Shown: in pieces, positions 12,707 through 24,499 of the stretch
How the letters are laid out: each line of letters begins with the position of its first letter
Numbering within the stretch: position 1 is the stretch's first letter
Origin: Perna viridis
Taxonomy: Eukaryota
Direction: 5' to 3'
Length of the DNA stretch: 64,000 nt
Assembly: GCA_037379345.1 (NCBI GenBank)
Contig: CM074519.1
Coordinates: 34,994,103-35,058,102 of the forward strand
Notes under the pieces: model-generated
What the model was told of the DNA's origin: nothing
The model's input: the letters and a program-made list of their open reading frames with translations, nothing else
Database searches by the model: none
Program-made: the position numbers and the translations under genes

Positions 12707-13440
12707 GTTTTTGTGAGAGTGAGTATTTTTCTAGTGCAAATATTGCTTGTATTAGTTGTTGTAGACTTTGCCTTGTCGAAAGATCGATGTTTCTACCCAT
12801 CTGATGGTGCAAAGTTTGATTCCTTGACGAAATCTCTCCAAAAAGTGCAAAAAGAGTTTTCATCACTGCGTGTTACATTAAGCGGTATGTACATCAAAGG
12901 TTTTAGATATATAAATAAATATCCCAATTTTGTCAAAACTGTCGCCATTCGTACAATAAGATTTTTTTGGATTGCTAGCCGTCTTGTATGAATATTATAA
13001 CACAGTACATATAATCATTTAAGGATATTTATAAATTGTCCTCTTTTAACCTAATGCATGCATCTTCTATACAAAGTCTTGATATTGTGAATTTGATTTG
13101 CTTAAGCAAGAGTTACTTGCCCCTGACAAAGACCTTACGACAAAGTAGTCGGGTCTCCCAGTTGCTTTTATCAAGTTTTATTTTGAATTTGCGTGTGCAT
13201 TTAGTTCCTTTTATCTTTAAATTGTGGATACTGTTCATTATTTGATACTTCAGTGCATGTTTAATGAACTTGCCGATGTCTTCCTCTCTCTTGTGTTTTT
13301 GAGTAACTGTTGATGAATATAAGTTCGAATGTATTTTCAGGGAGAAAATCACAACACTGGCCTGTGAAAAAGGTTGGAAGAGATATAAGAACCACTGATA
13401 CATGTTAAGCCCTGCGTCAAAGTCGTGGTACGATGCTGTG
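12707..13440 (+). pseudogene. C-type lectin (perlucin-like) pseudogene: signal-peptide/coiled-coil exon 12707-12884 and first CTLD exon 13341-13440
   Basis: Exon A lies between TTTTCCAG and GTATGT and reads (V)RVSIFLVQILLVLVVVDFALSKDRC...LTKSLQKVQKEFSSLRVTLS. Exon B lies between TTTTCAG and GTAGGT and reads EKITTLACEKGWKRYKNH*YMLSPASKSWYDAV, the CTLD N-terminal C-x2-GW-x6-CY...W-x2-A pattern with the second Cys replaced by TGA (13396). The start codon is GTG, the exon phases mismatch (1 vs 2), and no later exons were found. Confidence 0.8.
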
Positions 13441-13500
13441 GTAGGTTATTTACTTAGCATTATCATACGAGTATGTGGGATATATGGGGCATTTTTATGT

Positions 13501-13735
13501 TAGAGTAATCAAGAGCACCAAGGTTATAGCAGTGCTCCAGGGACAAAGACCAGACATTGAAAACAGATATATCCAACAAAGAACATAGAATAACTAACAT
13601 CATATATACAAAGTAACAAAGCAAATGAGCAACTCGGAATCCACTAAAAACTGGGAGCATGTACCACGTTCACTGGTAAGGTAAGCGTCCTCTGCTTTTC
13701 TAGAAACATCCGCCGAGTTGTTTATAAAAAGTCAA
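13501..13735 (-). mobile_element. Dispersed PLE-tail/SINE-like repeat, copy 2 (longest)
   Basis: Reverse complement of the 831 and 15905 copies, extending further 5' (AGCAGAGGACGCTTACCTTACCAGTG). Confidence 0.85.
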
Positions 13736-15904
13736 ATTTAAAGTGTTCCAAAAACTTTTAATGGATTTCAAAAACACTTTAAATTTGTTACCATTGCTAA
13801 AGAATGCATTTTTATAAAAATAATCACCTGTTAAAATTTATCAAAACTAACCTGCAGCAACTACCTACAACTTCCCTAGGATGTCATTCACTTCCTAATT
13901 GAATTTTAATTTGTTTCCACATTTACCTCCAGCAAGCACTTCCTTGAATTATCAAAATCAGTTTTTGAGGAAATTCATTGGAACACTTAAATAATACAGA
14001 CTAGTGGAAATAGATAATTCATGAACAGGCGTTGAACTATTATAGACTTGTCAGGAATTATTCTGACCTTATTTTTTTTAATAAAATTATGTCACATTGA
14101 ATTCTATAATGATCATCGACCAGTCAGTCAAGAAATACAATGCCATAAATACCTTTACTCTATAAGTAAAGAGAACTATTATGTATTTGCGACAAGGAAT
14201 TATGAACATTTGACAAACAGAGAAATCAGGGGTAGAACTTTCGGAAATCGTTTTGAATTGTCCTTGAATTATTATAAGCTGTTCTTACTATCAATAAAAA
14301 TAATGAATAGGTCAAAAATAGCCAAGTTTAAAAGGTAAAAAGGAATTACAAACAAGTAAAATATAAATAAAACGTATAAAATTAGAGAAAATGAGCCAAA
14401 CTTTTCGGCCTTACGATCTTCGCCAGGGGTAAAAAGTGTTGAGGAAAAAGTATCAACTGCCGGTCCCTAAAACGGGGACAAAGTGTTATTCAGAATTACT
14501 AACGGTAGCCAGGAATCGTTTGTTACAAAATATATTATAGTTCAGTGGATAATTTCACTTATTTATCTATCCAACGTTTATAAAAAATTAGGTATACTTA
14601 GCATAGCATGCAAAAACAGCTTTGTATATCTATGTCCTAACAATTATACATGATTAACATTTTTAATTAATTTTATATTCTAGTCCGTGACTAAAATTGC
14701 AATCATACACTGAGTATCATATCTCGTGATGCATCAAAAGTATTTGTAATTCATTGACACTTTTAAAACCATAACTTACATTCAGTAATTAACACCTAGA
14801 TATTCTAGCATGACGACTAATTGTTGAGTGTACCTTTTATTCGGTATAGGATGTGTTACTAGCTCTAGTATTTTTTTTCAAAATCTCTTATGAATTTCCT
14901 GTAATAATGAGTCATTCCAAATAAAGATTGTGTAACCGTTTTAGTAAAATGTATGGGAAATTCAGCATGCGTTGATTGTTTTAGAAATGTCGGTTTTCAA
15001 TTTATAATTGCAAATAGGTCCCAAACATTTATCAAATTATAACGGAATTTATACTTTAATGGTCTAGCATTAATTTTCAATGATTCTGATCACTTTCCTA
15101 TACATTTAATGTGTTTTTAATATTCAATACGCAATATTGATTAGTTTTTTAGAGCGTTGTCCATAATGCTTGCAAATGTTTCTGGTCTGGTGTTATTTTT
15201 AATGCATTTTTACTACAATTTTTAAAATGTTACAACCGGAGTGACCTACTCTTTCTTCTTTGCTGTCTTTGGCGATCGGAACTTTACCTGAAGTACCCCG
15301 CAGTAAGATCGATACTACTAAGGAATTTAGAGTGTCCTACTATTTAAAAAAACATAAATGCGAGGAGTTGGATAACTTTCAAATATTGTAACCTCATTGG
15401 TCTTTCTACAATTAATACTTATTCTAAACTTAGATCACATTGTCTCACTACAAACAATGTCTGCACCGTAGGTACATGTAGAAGAACTTGTAGTTAATTT
15501 CATCATCGCAATATCTTTTGCTACTTTGGCTTCAACACACAAATCGAACGGTATTCTGTTCGATTTGCACATAATCGGACTAAATCATTTGTTTAAGTAC
15601 AGCTATGTCTACAAACCAGGCAGAAGCCTTTAATGGGTCATTCATGCATTTCTTAATCCAATCTTTTTTATTGCAAATCCTTCTTAAGACCCCATAGAAA
15701 CTGAATTATGAAATACAATGCAAATAAAAGTAGTCCATTGGAGATATTAAGACTTAAAATTTGGTTATGTTCCACTACAAAAAAGTACAGGAAAATTTCC
15801 CGTCAGAATTTTAACACTATAACAAGTCACACATATTTTATGATAAGTTTAGGACCCAAGGACAAAAACATCGGAAGAGTTGTTTTAGGATCTAACAAAT
15901 GTAT

Positions 15905-16085
15905 GGTCCATGCTCCCAGTTTTTAGTGGAGTCCGAGTTGCTCATTTGCTTTTGTTACTTTGTATGTATGATTTTAATTACTTCATGTGCTTTGTTGTGT
16001 ATGTGTGTTTTTCATGTCTGGTCTTTGTCCCTGGATTACATTCTTTTGATTGCCGCTATAACCTTGGTTCCCTTGATTACTCTTT
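15905..16085 (+). mobile_element. Dispersed PLE-tail/SINE-like repeat, copy 3
   Basis: GGTCCATGCTCCCAGTTTTTAGTGGAGTCCGAGTTGCTCATTTG...TTCCCTTGATTACTCTTT. Confidence 0.85.
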
Positions 16086-17304
16086 CATACAGTTTCATTG
16101 ATTATCTTAAGATGTGATGTGTAGTATTTTCTGGCTGTGATTCGTCGACTAAAAAATAACCATATAAAAACTGTCATAAAATGTAAATAAAGCTGTTATT
16201 ATCAGCTTTAAATATGATTAAAGTATTTAAAGTTATGAAATAATTCAATTGCAATGCAATGAAATTAGTAGGACAAGTGAAATGTGAAAATGCCTGAACT
16301 ATGAAAAATTCTAGCTTGTCCGCTGATCGCCAGATGTAGAATAACTAGCACATTTACGGTAAAAGCAAGAATTATCTATCCGCGTTTCGTTTCCGGTATA
16401 ACGAAAGAGATAAATATGAAGGTTGCAGACGAATAATGCCAAAAGCTCAGATGAGGGCATAATAAGGCGTTATCAAAGAATGATATTCAGACTAAAATAC
16501 GTTAATAGGTGTAAACATTGCTGACAAACGAAATCTTTGGGCAAAGCAAAAAATGCTCACTAAAGACGTCAGTTGCACGGACAAATTCCAGGACTATAAA
16601 TATAACAGGAGATAAAAATTATAGCCAAGAAATACATAGCCAAGAAATACATAGCTATGAAATACGTTTGCTCTGCCCTCCGTTAATATAAAAGAATTTT
16701 GATCGCAGAATTAGCAAAGACAGCATATAAGCATTATAATACTAATTTTAGTTGCAAGAAACTAAACAAAATTTAAATGAAAATAAATATGTCATTTTTA
16801 CTACATTTCTCAATATTAACTATATGACTCACAAAACATAGTGATGGTGCGATATCAATAACGACGCTATACAATTCTACGACTCGTGCTCATTACGTTA
16901 CATGTATGTTTAACTTTTACCATGAGTCTGATAATTATGTTACAGACCGAAAGGTATTCACGGCATATCCATATACATATGTTAAGCATAAACAATGCAT
17001 AAAAAACAATAAACAATCAAATAAAACACAATTGACCATCCACTTAAGAAATGTCCATATTTTAATATTTTCTGCATGCTTTAAAATGGCGTTTCCATTT
17101 AGCAAAAGAGATGGCTGACAACAGTAGGGAACTTGTTTTTTTGAAGCAAGTCTTGCCAGGTGGTGAAAAAATGAATTATTTTTGGCCCCTCTAAATGGGC
17201 ATCTTGAACATTGAAAAAACACAGCTGACATGGTCAGTACTGAAAAATACAAAGAATAGCACAAATTCAAAATATCGAAATTGGCTGCAATCGAACTATT
17301 TGAA

Positions 17305-20300
17305 ATTCATATTTGTGTTTTTGTCTTCATCCAGTTTGGTATTTCGCCTATATAGGGTTTTAATTTATTATAGTACACAACTTCAACCTTCGATCTGAAG
17401 CAAATTTCAAATAAGAAGTTACGGAATTTTTGTTATAAGGTGAGGTCCAGTCCAGACGAATTTAATCTTCTGAATATTTTTTTTATCATTTATCTGTTGA
17501 AGTAGTCTCTTATTACTAAAAGGAGCCTGTTCTTTTTTCAAGTTTGTGGAAGTGGACCAATTATGTCAATACTGATACGATCTTAAGGATTACCAACTCT
17601 AAAATCGACAAGTGAAGGAGTTCTTAATCTCTTTCGTTTTCTTTATTCCCAGGACCTGCATATAAGGTATTGTGGGATGCTATCAGAATATCTTTTCGTA
17701 AGACAAAAGGGACCAGGAGTTGTAAGTGTTCTTGGTCATTGGTGTTGTTTCTCCATTTTTGATGAATTACACCATCTTTCAATATGAGGTTGTCCCATTT
17801 GAGCCAAAACTGTCTTGTAGCTAGACTAAGGTTAGCATATGAATCTCTTCCTGAAACTTTACTATCAGCAAAACATTGATGAAGATGTATCTAATCTGGA
17901 TCTTCTTTCTGGAAGGTACTGATCTTTTTATTTGTGTATTTTGATAACCATGGGTTTGATGTTTCTGTTTTCTCCCCTGTAACTGCTCCAATTCGAGACT
18001 GAGGTAAACTGTGCTTGATTTTGAGGTCTGTGTGATCATGTTGTCTTTGGCTCAAGTCTGTCAGTATTGAATTCGCGGTCCTCTTTAATTTCTCGACATT
18101 CTGTACAACTTGGATATGATTTTCCTTCATTCTGACGATGGCATTGTTGCCCTGATGTATTGGCATGTTTCACTCCTGCTTCACGATGCTGTATAGTCAT
18201 ATTGGCTCAGACTTTCAATCCACCTGGCAACTTGTACGGTTGGGTCTTTGAACACAAATAGCCACCTGTGTGAACCTTGGTCTGTTCAAAGTAAACATTT
18301 CTGTCCAAGCAAGTAGTGTCAAAAATAGTGCATGAATGTTACAGCAACTAATATTTCTCTGCGTGTCACACTGTATCTCTGCTCAATATTGTCAAGTTTC
18401 TTAGATGCAAATGCCATGATCTTTTCCTTCCCTTCTGGCATTTGGAACAGGACTTCTCCAACTCCAGTATTTGAGACATCTGTATCAAGAATGTAGGTAC
18501 TAACAAGACATGGATAAGCCAGAACAGGTAGTAAAATAAAAGCTTCCTTCAATTTGCAGAAGGATTCATTACAAATATTTGTCCATTCGACGATTACATC
18601 TTTTCTTATGAGATGACCTATTGAAGCAATTTCACTGCAGTTTCGAATGTATTGGCGGTAGTAATTAATAAACCGAGGAATTGTTGAACTTTCTTAGTGG
18701 ATGTTGGTTCTTTCCAAGCTTGTACTGATTTGATGATATTTGGGTTGGGGTTTTTTTCATTTTCTTCCTACTACATGCCCAAAATACAATATTTCCTTTT
18801 TCACTAATTCACACTTGGGGTGGTTCAGTTTCAATCCTGCCTGTAAAATTCTTCTCAGTACTTCATACAGTCTTTTTGAATGTTCATGTATATCATAACT
18901 GAAAATGATTATGTCACCGAGGTAAACGAGCAAAGTTTGCCACTAGAGACCTCTAAATATTAGTGCCATACACCTCTGAAATGTACTTGGGGCATTACAA
19001 AGACCGAATCCAATTTTATTATATTCGTACAACCCGTACGTGGTGAAAGGTGTTTTTGGACGATTCTTATCTTCAACTAACAGCTAACAATTACCACTCT
19101 GAAGGTATTACCAAGAAAAGATAGAAGCTGATGCTAAGCATTCCAACCACATATCAATACTTTGGATTTGATAAGCGTCCTTTATTGTTAAATCGTTGAC
19201 CTTACGGTAGTCCTCGCACCATCGGACAGAGTTATCTTTTTTCCTAACAAGCAATACTGGAGAGGCCCATGCTGATTCTGAAGGTCTAATCACTCCATTG
19301 TCCAATTGGTCTTGAAGGTATTGTTGTTCCTCTTTTTCAAAAGCTACATGTTTACGTCTTAGGGGATGTCCCACTAGCAGTGTCTATTCTGTGTTTTATA
19401 ACAGAACAAGTTCTAACATCTGAAGATGCAAATGCCTGTTTGTTTCTAATAAGCGTTTAAGTTAGTTTTGCTTTGTTTGATTGTCAGGTATGTTCTCGCA
19501 ACTTTTTTTTTCAAATAGATCTTTCAAGTGTTCTCGCAACGGCGGAACTTCGGCCCCTTTCTTGTTTTCCAATAACTTTCTTGAGAGTTAATTTTTCCTG
19601 GTTGTCATCAGACCATGCCTGTGGAACATGAAATTCTGTTTTACTTTCATTTTCACAAGCTCGTGTTAAGTTGTGTACCCTACAGATATCGGACTGTGTG
19701 ATGGCTTCATTTTTTGTTTGTCGCACCTCAGGTTTACCAAGACCTTGTTTATCTTGAACAGTACGCTACTCCCCAAGAAAAAAATTCTGCTTAATCTGAT
19801 TGGATGGTGTTCCATCTTTACTAGTCTTATGGGTATAATCAATAGGGATGGATCAATCAATGACTATGCAACCAGGATTGTACTCTTGTCTTCAACTACT
19901 GGTTGTAATATGGAGTTTCTGATGTCAATATTTTCTGGGTATACTGTCTTTCAGGGTAAGATTATCTCAGAATTGGCTGGAACAGTTACATTTTCTGTCA
20001 AGTGTATTTTTGCTATCTTATTATCAATTATGCGGTCCACATTACAGTTGATCCAATTTCCATCCATCCGGACACGGCGATATCCATTTCATCAACACAA
20101 TTACATCCGAAAAGAAAGCTGGTGCTACATACATCTCCCATGGAAAATATTTGCCTCCTATTCGGACATCCATGGAAACAACTCCATGTGTATCCATTTT
20201 CGTTCCTGCCTCTGCTACTACAACGTTTCTGGTAGCTTTCTCCAATTTAGGTCTCTTATCTGCTGATAATCCAAAATACAAACGGCTTTCCAAGACTGCC

Positions 20301-23045
20301 AATTCAGCACCAGTATCCAGCACCGCTTTAGTCATTTTTCCATTGACACATAATGACACCGTAATGGTCGCTGAACGTACCCGATCTACCTGTATACTTC
20401 CATTGGTATCATAATCAAACTTTTGTTGATGTCTGTCCTCCATCTCCATCTGTTCTTTGGTTTCAGACTCAGGGATCACTACAGACACAGAATCAAGTTG
20501 CTGTCCATCACTGTAATCCTCTTCTATTACTTCCATCCTTGGACTCTAAGAAATTATGTGTTTCACTTCTTTTTTCACTTTTACTTCAGTTTCTTTAAAA
20601 ACTTGACCTAAAACGATTTCTACTGATTCATCATATTCATTTAATTTGTCTATTTTCATCATCACAAATTCTTTTTCGTTTAAAGCACGTTGCTTCTGGT
20701 TCTGTGAAAGAGTAATCAAGGGAACCAAGGTTATAGCGGTAATCAAAAGAATGTAATCCAGGGACAAAGACTAGACATGGAAAACAGACATACACAACAA
20801 AGAACATAAAGTAACTAAAATCATACATACAAAGTAACAAAAGTAAATGAGCAAACACGTCCACCACACTGGACAAATATGTTGTCGATTAAAAATTCCA
20901 GCATTTTGTAAACATCTTCCTCTGTTTGTTTGGAAGATGATTTGGAATTATTTCTTACAAAGTAAGAGGAATCTCTACCAAGAACTATATATTTGTATCT
21001 AGGTGTACCATCTTTTTGGAAAAAACAACGATGTATAATGTTTTTAAGTCGGAATTTTAACTGAGTATGGGGAATAGACGTATACAGTGTTGAAAAATCA
21101 TAGGTTTTAATGGTATTATATTCAGATAATAGTCTTGAACTGATTGTCTCTAAAAGATCTTTCAAATTTTTCAGGACCCATATTGAATTAATACCACTAC
21201 GGGAGTAACAAGTGTTGTGGTAAGACTGCAGACCCTCTTTGACAGTTGTGAGTATAGAAGTAAAACGTTTTGACAGAGGTTTGGTTGTACATTTTGCAGA
21301 TCCAGCTATGAAACGTTGTTTGTATGGATTCTTGTGGAGTTTAGGAATCCAGTACATAGACGGTAAATCACAATCATCGTCCTTGGTAGAGAGAACTTAT
21401 TTGTGACTTATTTACTAATTTGTAGGACAGTCATATCTCTAATCATGGATTCTTTTATATCGAGTCCAATATGATTCCATCTTTCTTCATTTACATAACT
21501 ATTCTTCAACTCTTGTACACCCTAAGTCCTCAGTATTATAGACACATAAGGATGTCTCTTCTATCTGCTCTACAGATCTTATCTTGGGTCTATCTTTTAT
21601 GTCACTTTTACATGTCAAGTGCCATTTAACAATATTAATGGCTTCGTCCATATTGTTTGGCCTCCTAGTTAGTACGTCATAGTCTATACTCTGATCAGGT
21701 AGTCCAGACAGCATGTATTCAATGCTGATGTTGTCAAACAATTCAATATCCATCCATGGGTATGCCTTCTGTACCATTCCTCTGACCCTGTCAGCATATG
21801 CATATACTCCTTCTTTCTATTGTTTTTGACAGACTGTAGTTCTCTCCACTATGTCTCTGTAAACTGATTGTTCCCAAATCTACGTTCTATTTCAGCATTC
21901 AGCAAACGGTATGATGTTCTGACTTTGTGTGTCGAATTTGATGCAAAGATCAAAGCTTCATCCCTTAATACTAGAGGGATCTCTTCTGCTTGTTGTCTTG
22001 GGTTCCAATTGTTGCGTTCCGCAATTATATCGAATTAGACTTTGAAAGTCTTCAAGTCTCCTTTACCATTAAAATGCGGTAATTATGATCTGTAAGAGTC
22101 AATACTGATTGAAGACTCGGTTATAATCTTTCTTGGATATGCATTTCTTTCATCTCTTAGTTTGTTGAATCTTGTGTCTGCCTGGTATGTTTTATTGTCC
22201 AGTTGGTGTTGTCTTGCATAGTTTGAGTGATGCAAGTCACCAATGAATGTTGGTTTAACTTCATCATGATACTGAATTGAATGAAACTGATGAAAATGCT
22301 GTTGATTATGACTTGGTTGAAAGTATTCATTGTTATGATTTTGCCTTAACCGGTCTTGGCGATGGGTTGATAAAACGTCGTCATCATTCTTTGATGTTGT
22401 GTATTGTGATGTCTTTTAGTTTGAGTCTTTGTCATAGGTTGGGGCATATAGCATGTGAAAATGTATTTATTTTGATAGCCTTGGTACGGGACTACATTTG
22501 TGCACAGATTTTCAATTGAACAAACAGGAGCTTCTGAATTTGAACTATCAGCAAATAAATTGTAAGAACATAATTCTTGGGCAGATCTAAATGCATGTAA
22601 GAGGTTAAATTTAAACTCCCAGCAATTGGTGTGCAACTACTTAATTCTTGGATTTGATTTAAAGAAATGAATGTTGGAACAGTGCTACCTGCAGTGCTAG
22701 AAATAGGATAATTGACATTAGTGTCCATATTAGAACCCTCAAAATGTGGTAAACTCGAATAAAGAGAATTTACTGTCCTTACAAGGTATCCTAATAATCC
22801 AGAATTCTCTCCCCTTTTAAAAAAAATCTGATTAGGTAATTGTCTATTTCTAAGATTCATTGCGTTTTACCTAGTATTGCTATACTAGGTATCGGACATT
22901 CACCTTTGAATTTCTATATTCTTAGTTTTTACAAAGTATATAAATTTTGAAAAAAAACACCTTTCAATTTTCATAATTACTGGTGCTATGAATATAAATA
23001 ATTGAAAACACCTTTAACTTTCAATAATACTTGGTGCCATGAATA
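17305..23045 (-). mobile_element. Degenerate Ty3/Gypsy LTR retrotransposon (gag, protease, RT, RNase H, internally deleted integrase); LTR pair not identified
   Basis: gag-like ORFs at 22860-21400. Protease AVLDTGA in ORF 20042-20536. RT GVIRPSESAWASPVLLVRKKDNSVRWCEDYRKVN at 19108-19374. RNase H YILDTDVSNTGVG...YSVTRRE at 18319-18552. Integrase DIIGPLP...DYF at ~17500-17570 and C-terminal VVYYNKLKPYIGEIPNW at ~17330-17385. The PR-RT-RH-IN order is Gypsy-type. Confidence 0.93.
20706..21393 (-). mobile_element. 5'-truncated, internally deleted Penelope-like element nested in the Gypsy gag/pol junction
   Basis: ORF 20821-21357 reads MYWIPKLHKNPYKQRFIAGS...TYDFSTLYTSIPH...LEFLIDNIFVQCGGRV (PLE RT N-terminal half). 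It is fused directly to the dispersed tail repeat at 20706-20855. Confidence 0.9.
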
Positions 23046-23099
23046 TATGTAATGGAAAACTGCGCAGACAAGTCTTTCGAAATTCTCGGAAAGTATTCA

Positions 23100-23771
23100 T
23101 ATCAAACAGATAACGTTACGTTAAATAATTTACAAGCACCTCCTTGTAAATGCATATATAAATATCTATATTGTATTTATTGTCATTGCAAATATCCAAC
23201 ACTGATGTACCGCGGTGCGTCAGGATATCAACGTTTTTATCTAATCTTGATGGATTGATTGCACCAAGAATTGAACTTTCTATCAATAGTGTTTTCTTGT
23301 TTTCCAGTCTTTCATTCTTACGTTCAGGCTCAGATTTACTATCATTGCTGAGTTTTCGTACGTGTAAATATCGGCACCTGTTCCCTAATTTACAATAACC
23401 ATGTCTATCGAAGCAACATTTCCTGGTTTTCGTTTGACTGATTTACAACATCCTTTTGGCTATTTTTCATTTTTGCCAGTCTTTCCTTTATTGATTGTAG
23501 AAAGGAACTTATTTCTGAATTTTTGTTTTCTTTTTTCTCCTCTGTGCTTACTTTTCGTGGCTTACTGATTCAAAGTCATCCAACCTTGACTGTAATACCT
23601 ATATTGAATGTTATTCTTAGACTTCTGTATCACACTCATTTGTGTACGCAGCTCTTCAATGTCTTTCTGTCCTGCCTTGTTTTGATTCAGCAATGTAATT
23701 GTAGGGTTTTTTTATTTCGTCATTCCAATTTGACTGTTAATCTACCGCATCTAATTCTAATAATTGAGTAT
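23100..23771 (-). mobile_element. Remnant of a non-LTR retrotransposon ORF1 (coiled coil, CCCH zinc finger, SGNH-esterase-like), CR1/L2-type
   Basis: Manual minus-strand translation gives TKTRKCCFDRHGYCKLGNRCRYLH (C-x7-C-x5-C-x3-H, 23418-23362), then KKTLLIESSILGAINPSRLDKNVDILTHRGTSVLDI (SGNH block I-like). K/E/Q-rich sequence lies upstream. It may continue at 24170-24500 beyond the MITE. Confidence 0.65.
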
Positions 23772-24115
23772 CAGTCTCTGTAAGAATCGGGCAGTGGGTG
23801 GAACATGGTATGAAAAAAAACATCATTTAGATAGTGTAATTTGACTATTTGTACCCTCAGATTCAGGAAAAGGACAATATTGGCAAATTGAGTTATAATT
23901 TTATTGAAATGCACTGAAAATGATTTTTTAAGGGCAGATAAATCTTTTAAAAACTTAATTTTCCTAACATTCTATTGAAAAATTTCTTAGCAAAGTCAAT
24001 GATGCAGAGATCAGATAAACCATGGTCTTTTCAAATATTACATTGTCAGATCGTTGGGTTTTTTAAATGCATGCTTCTGATATTTTCCCATTTTGCCAGA
24101 TTCTTACAAAAACTT
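23772..24115. mobile_element. MITE with ~22-bp imperfect TIRs, copy 1
   Basis: 5' CAGTCTCTGTAAGAATCGGGCA pairs with 3' TGCCAGATTCTTACAAAAACTT. A homologous copy lies at 50503-50880. Confidence 0.8.
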
Positions 24116-24499
24116 ACACTTAAATCAGAATATCTTCATTTGGTATGTGATTGTAGTTCAGTAACTTGATTTTAAAACGCGTGGAATTTTGAAGGTTATC
24201 TCTCTTTATGTGACTTAACTACCTTTGTCATTTTGTAAGGTTTCAGTCGTAGTTCATGTTCATGATTTAGACGTTGTTGCGCAAATTGCATTCTTGTATT
24301 CCCAAGTTGTTTTTAAATTTACATCTTTCGTTTGACTTTATTTTCTCTGTGGAACTTTTTCGGGTGGGTTTAATTATTTGTAAATCGTGTGCGCTTTCAC
24401 TAACATTGTTCGTAAATTGAATCAAAGTGTTTGCAAGTTCAGCAGCACTTCTTGTTTCTCGATGTCCCTACCAAATCCCCCCTCGAATTTCCATTATGG

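Noticed and set aside
15899-16117. Hydrophobic, membrane-like short ORFs (also 870-1061, 13463-13660, 20637-20876 and 40317-40511)
   Set aside because: They are translations of the T-rich dispersed repeat, and frames and stops are not conserved between copies.
17103-17398. Possible downstream exon of the lectin gene
   Set aside because: It has no CTLD motifs, and its distal part is the antisense of the Gypsy integrase C-terminus.
19673-20611. + strand ORFs of 60-197 aa
   Set aside because: They are antisense to Gypsy pol and show no recognisable motifs.
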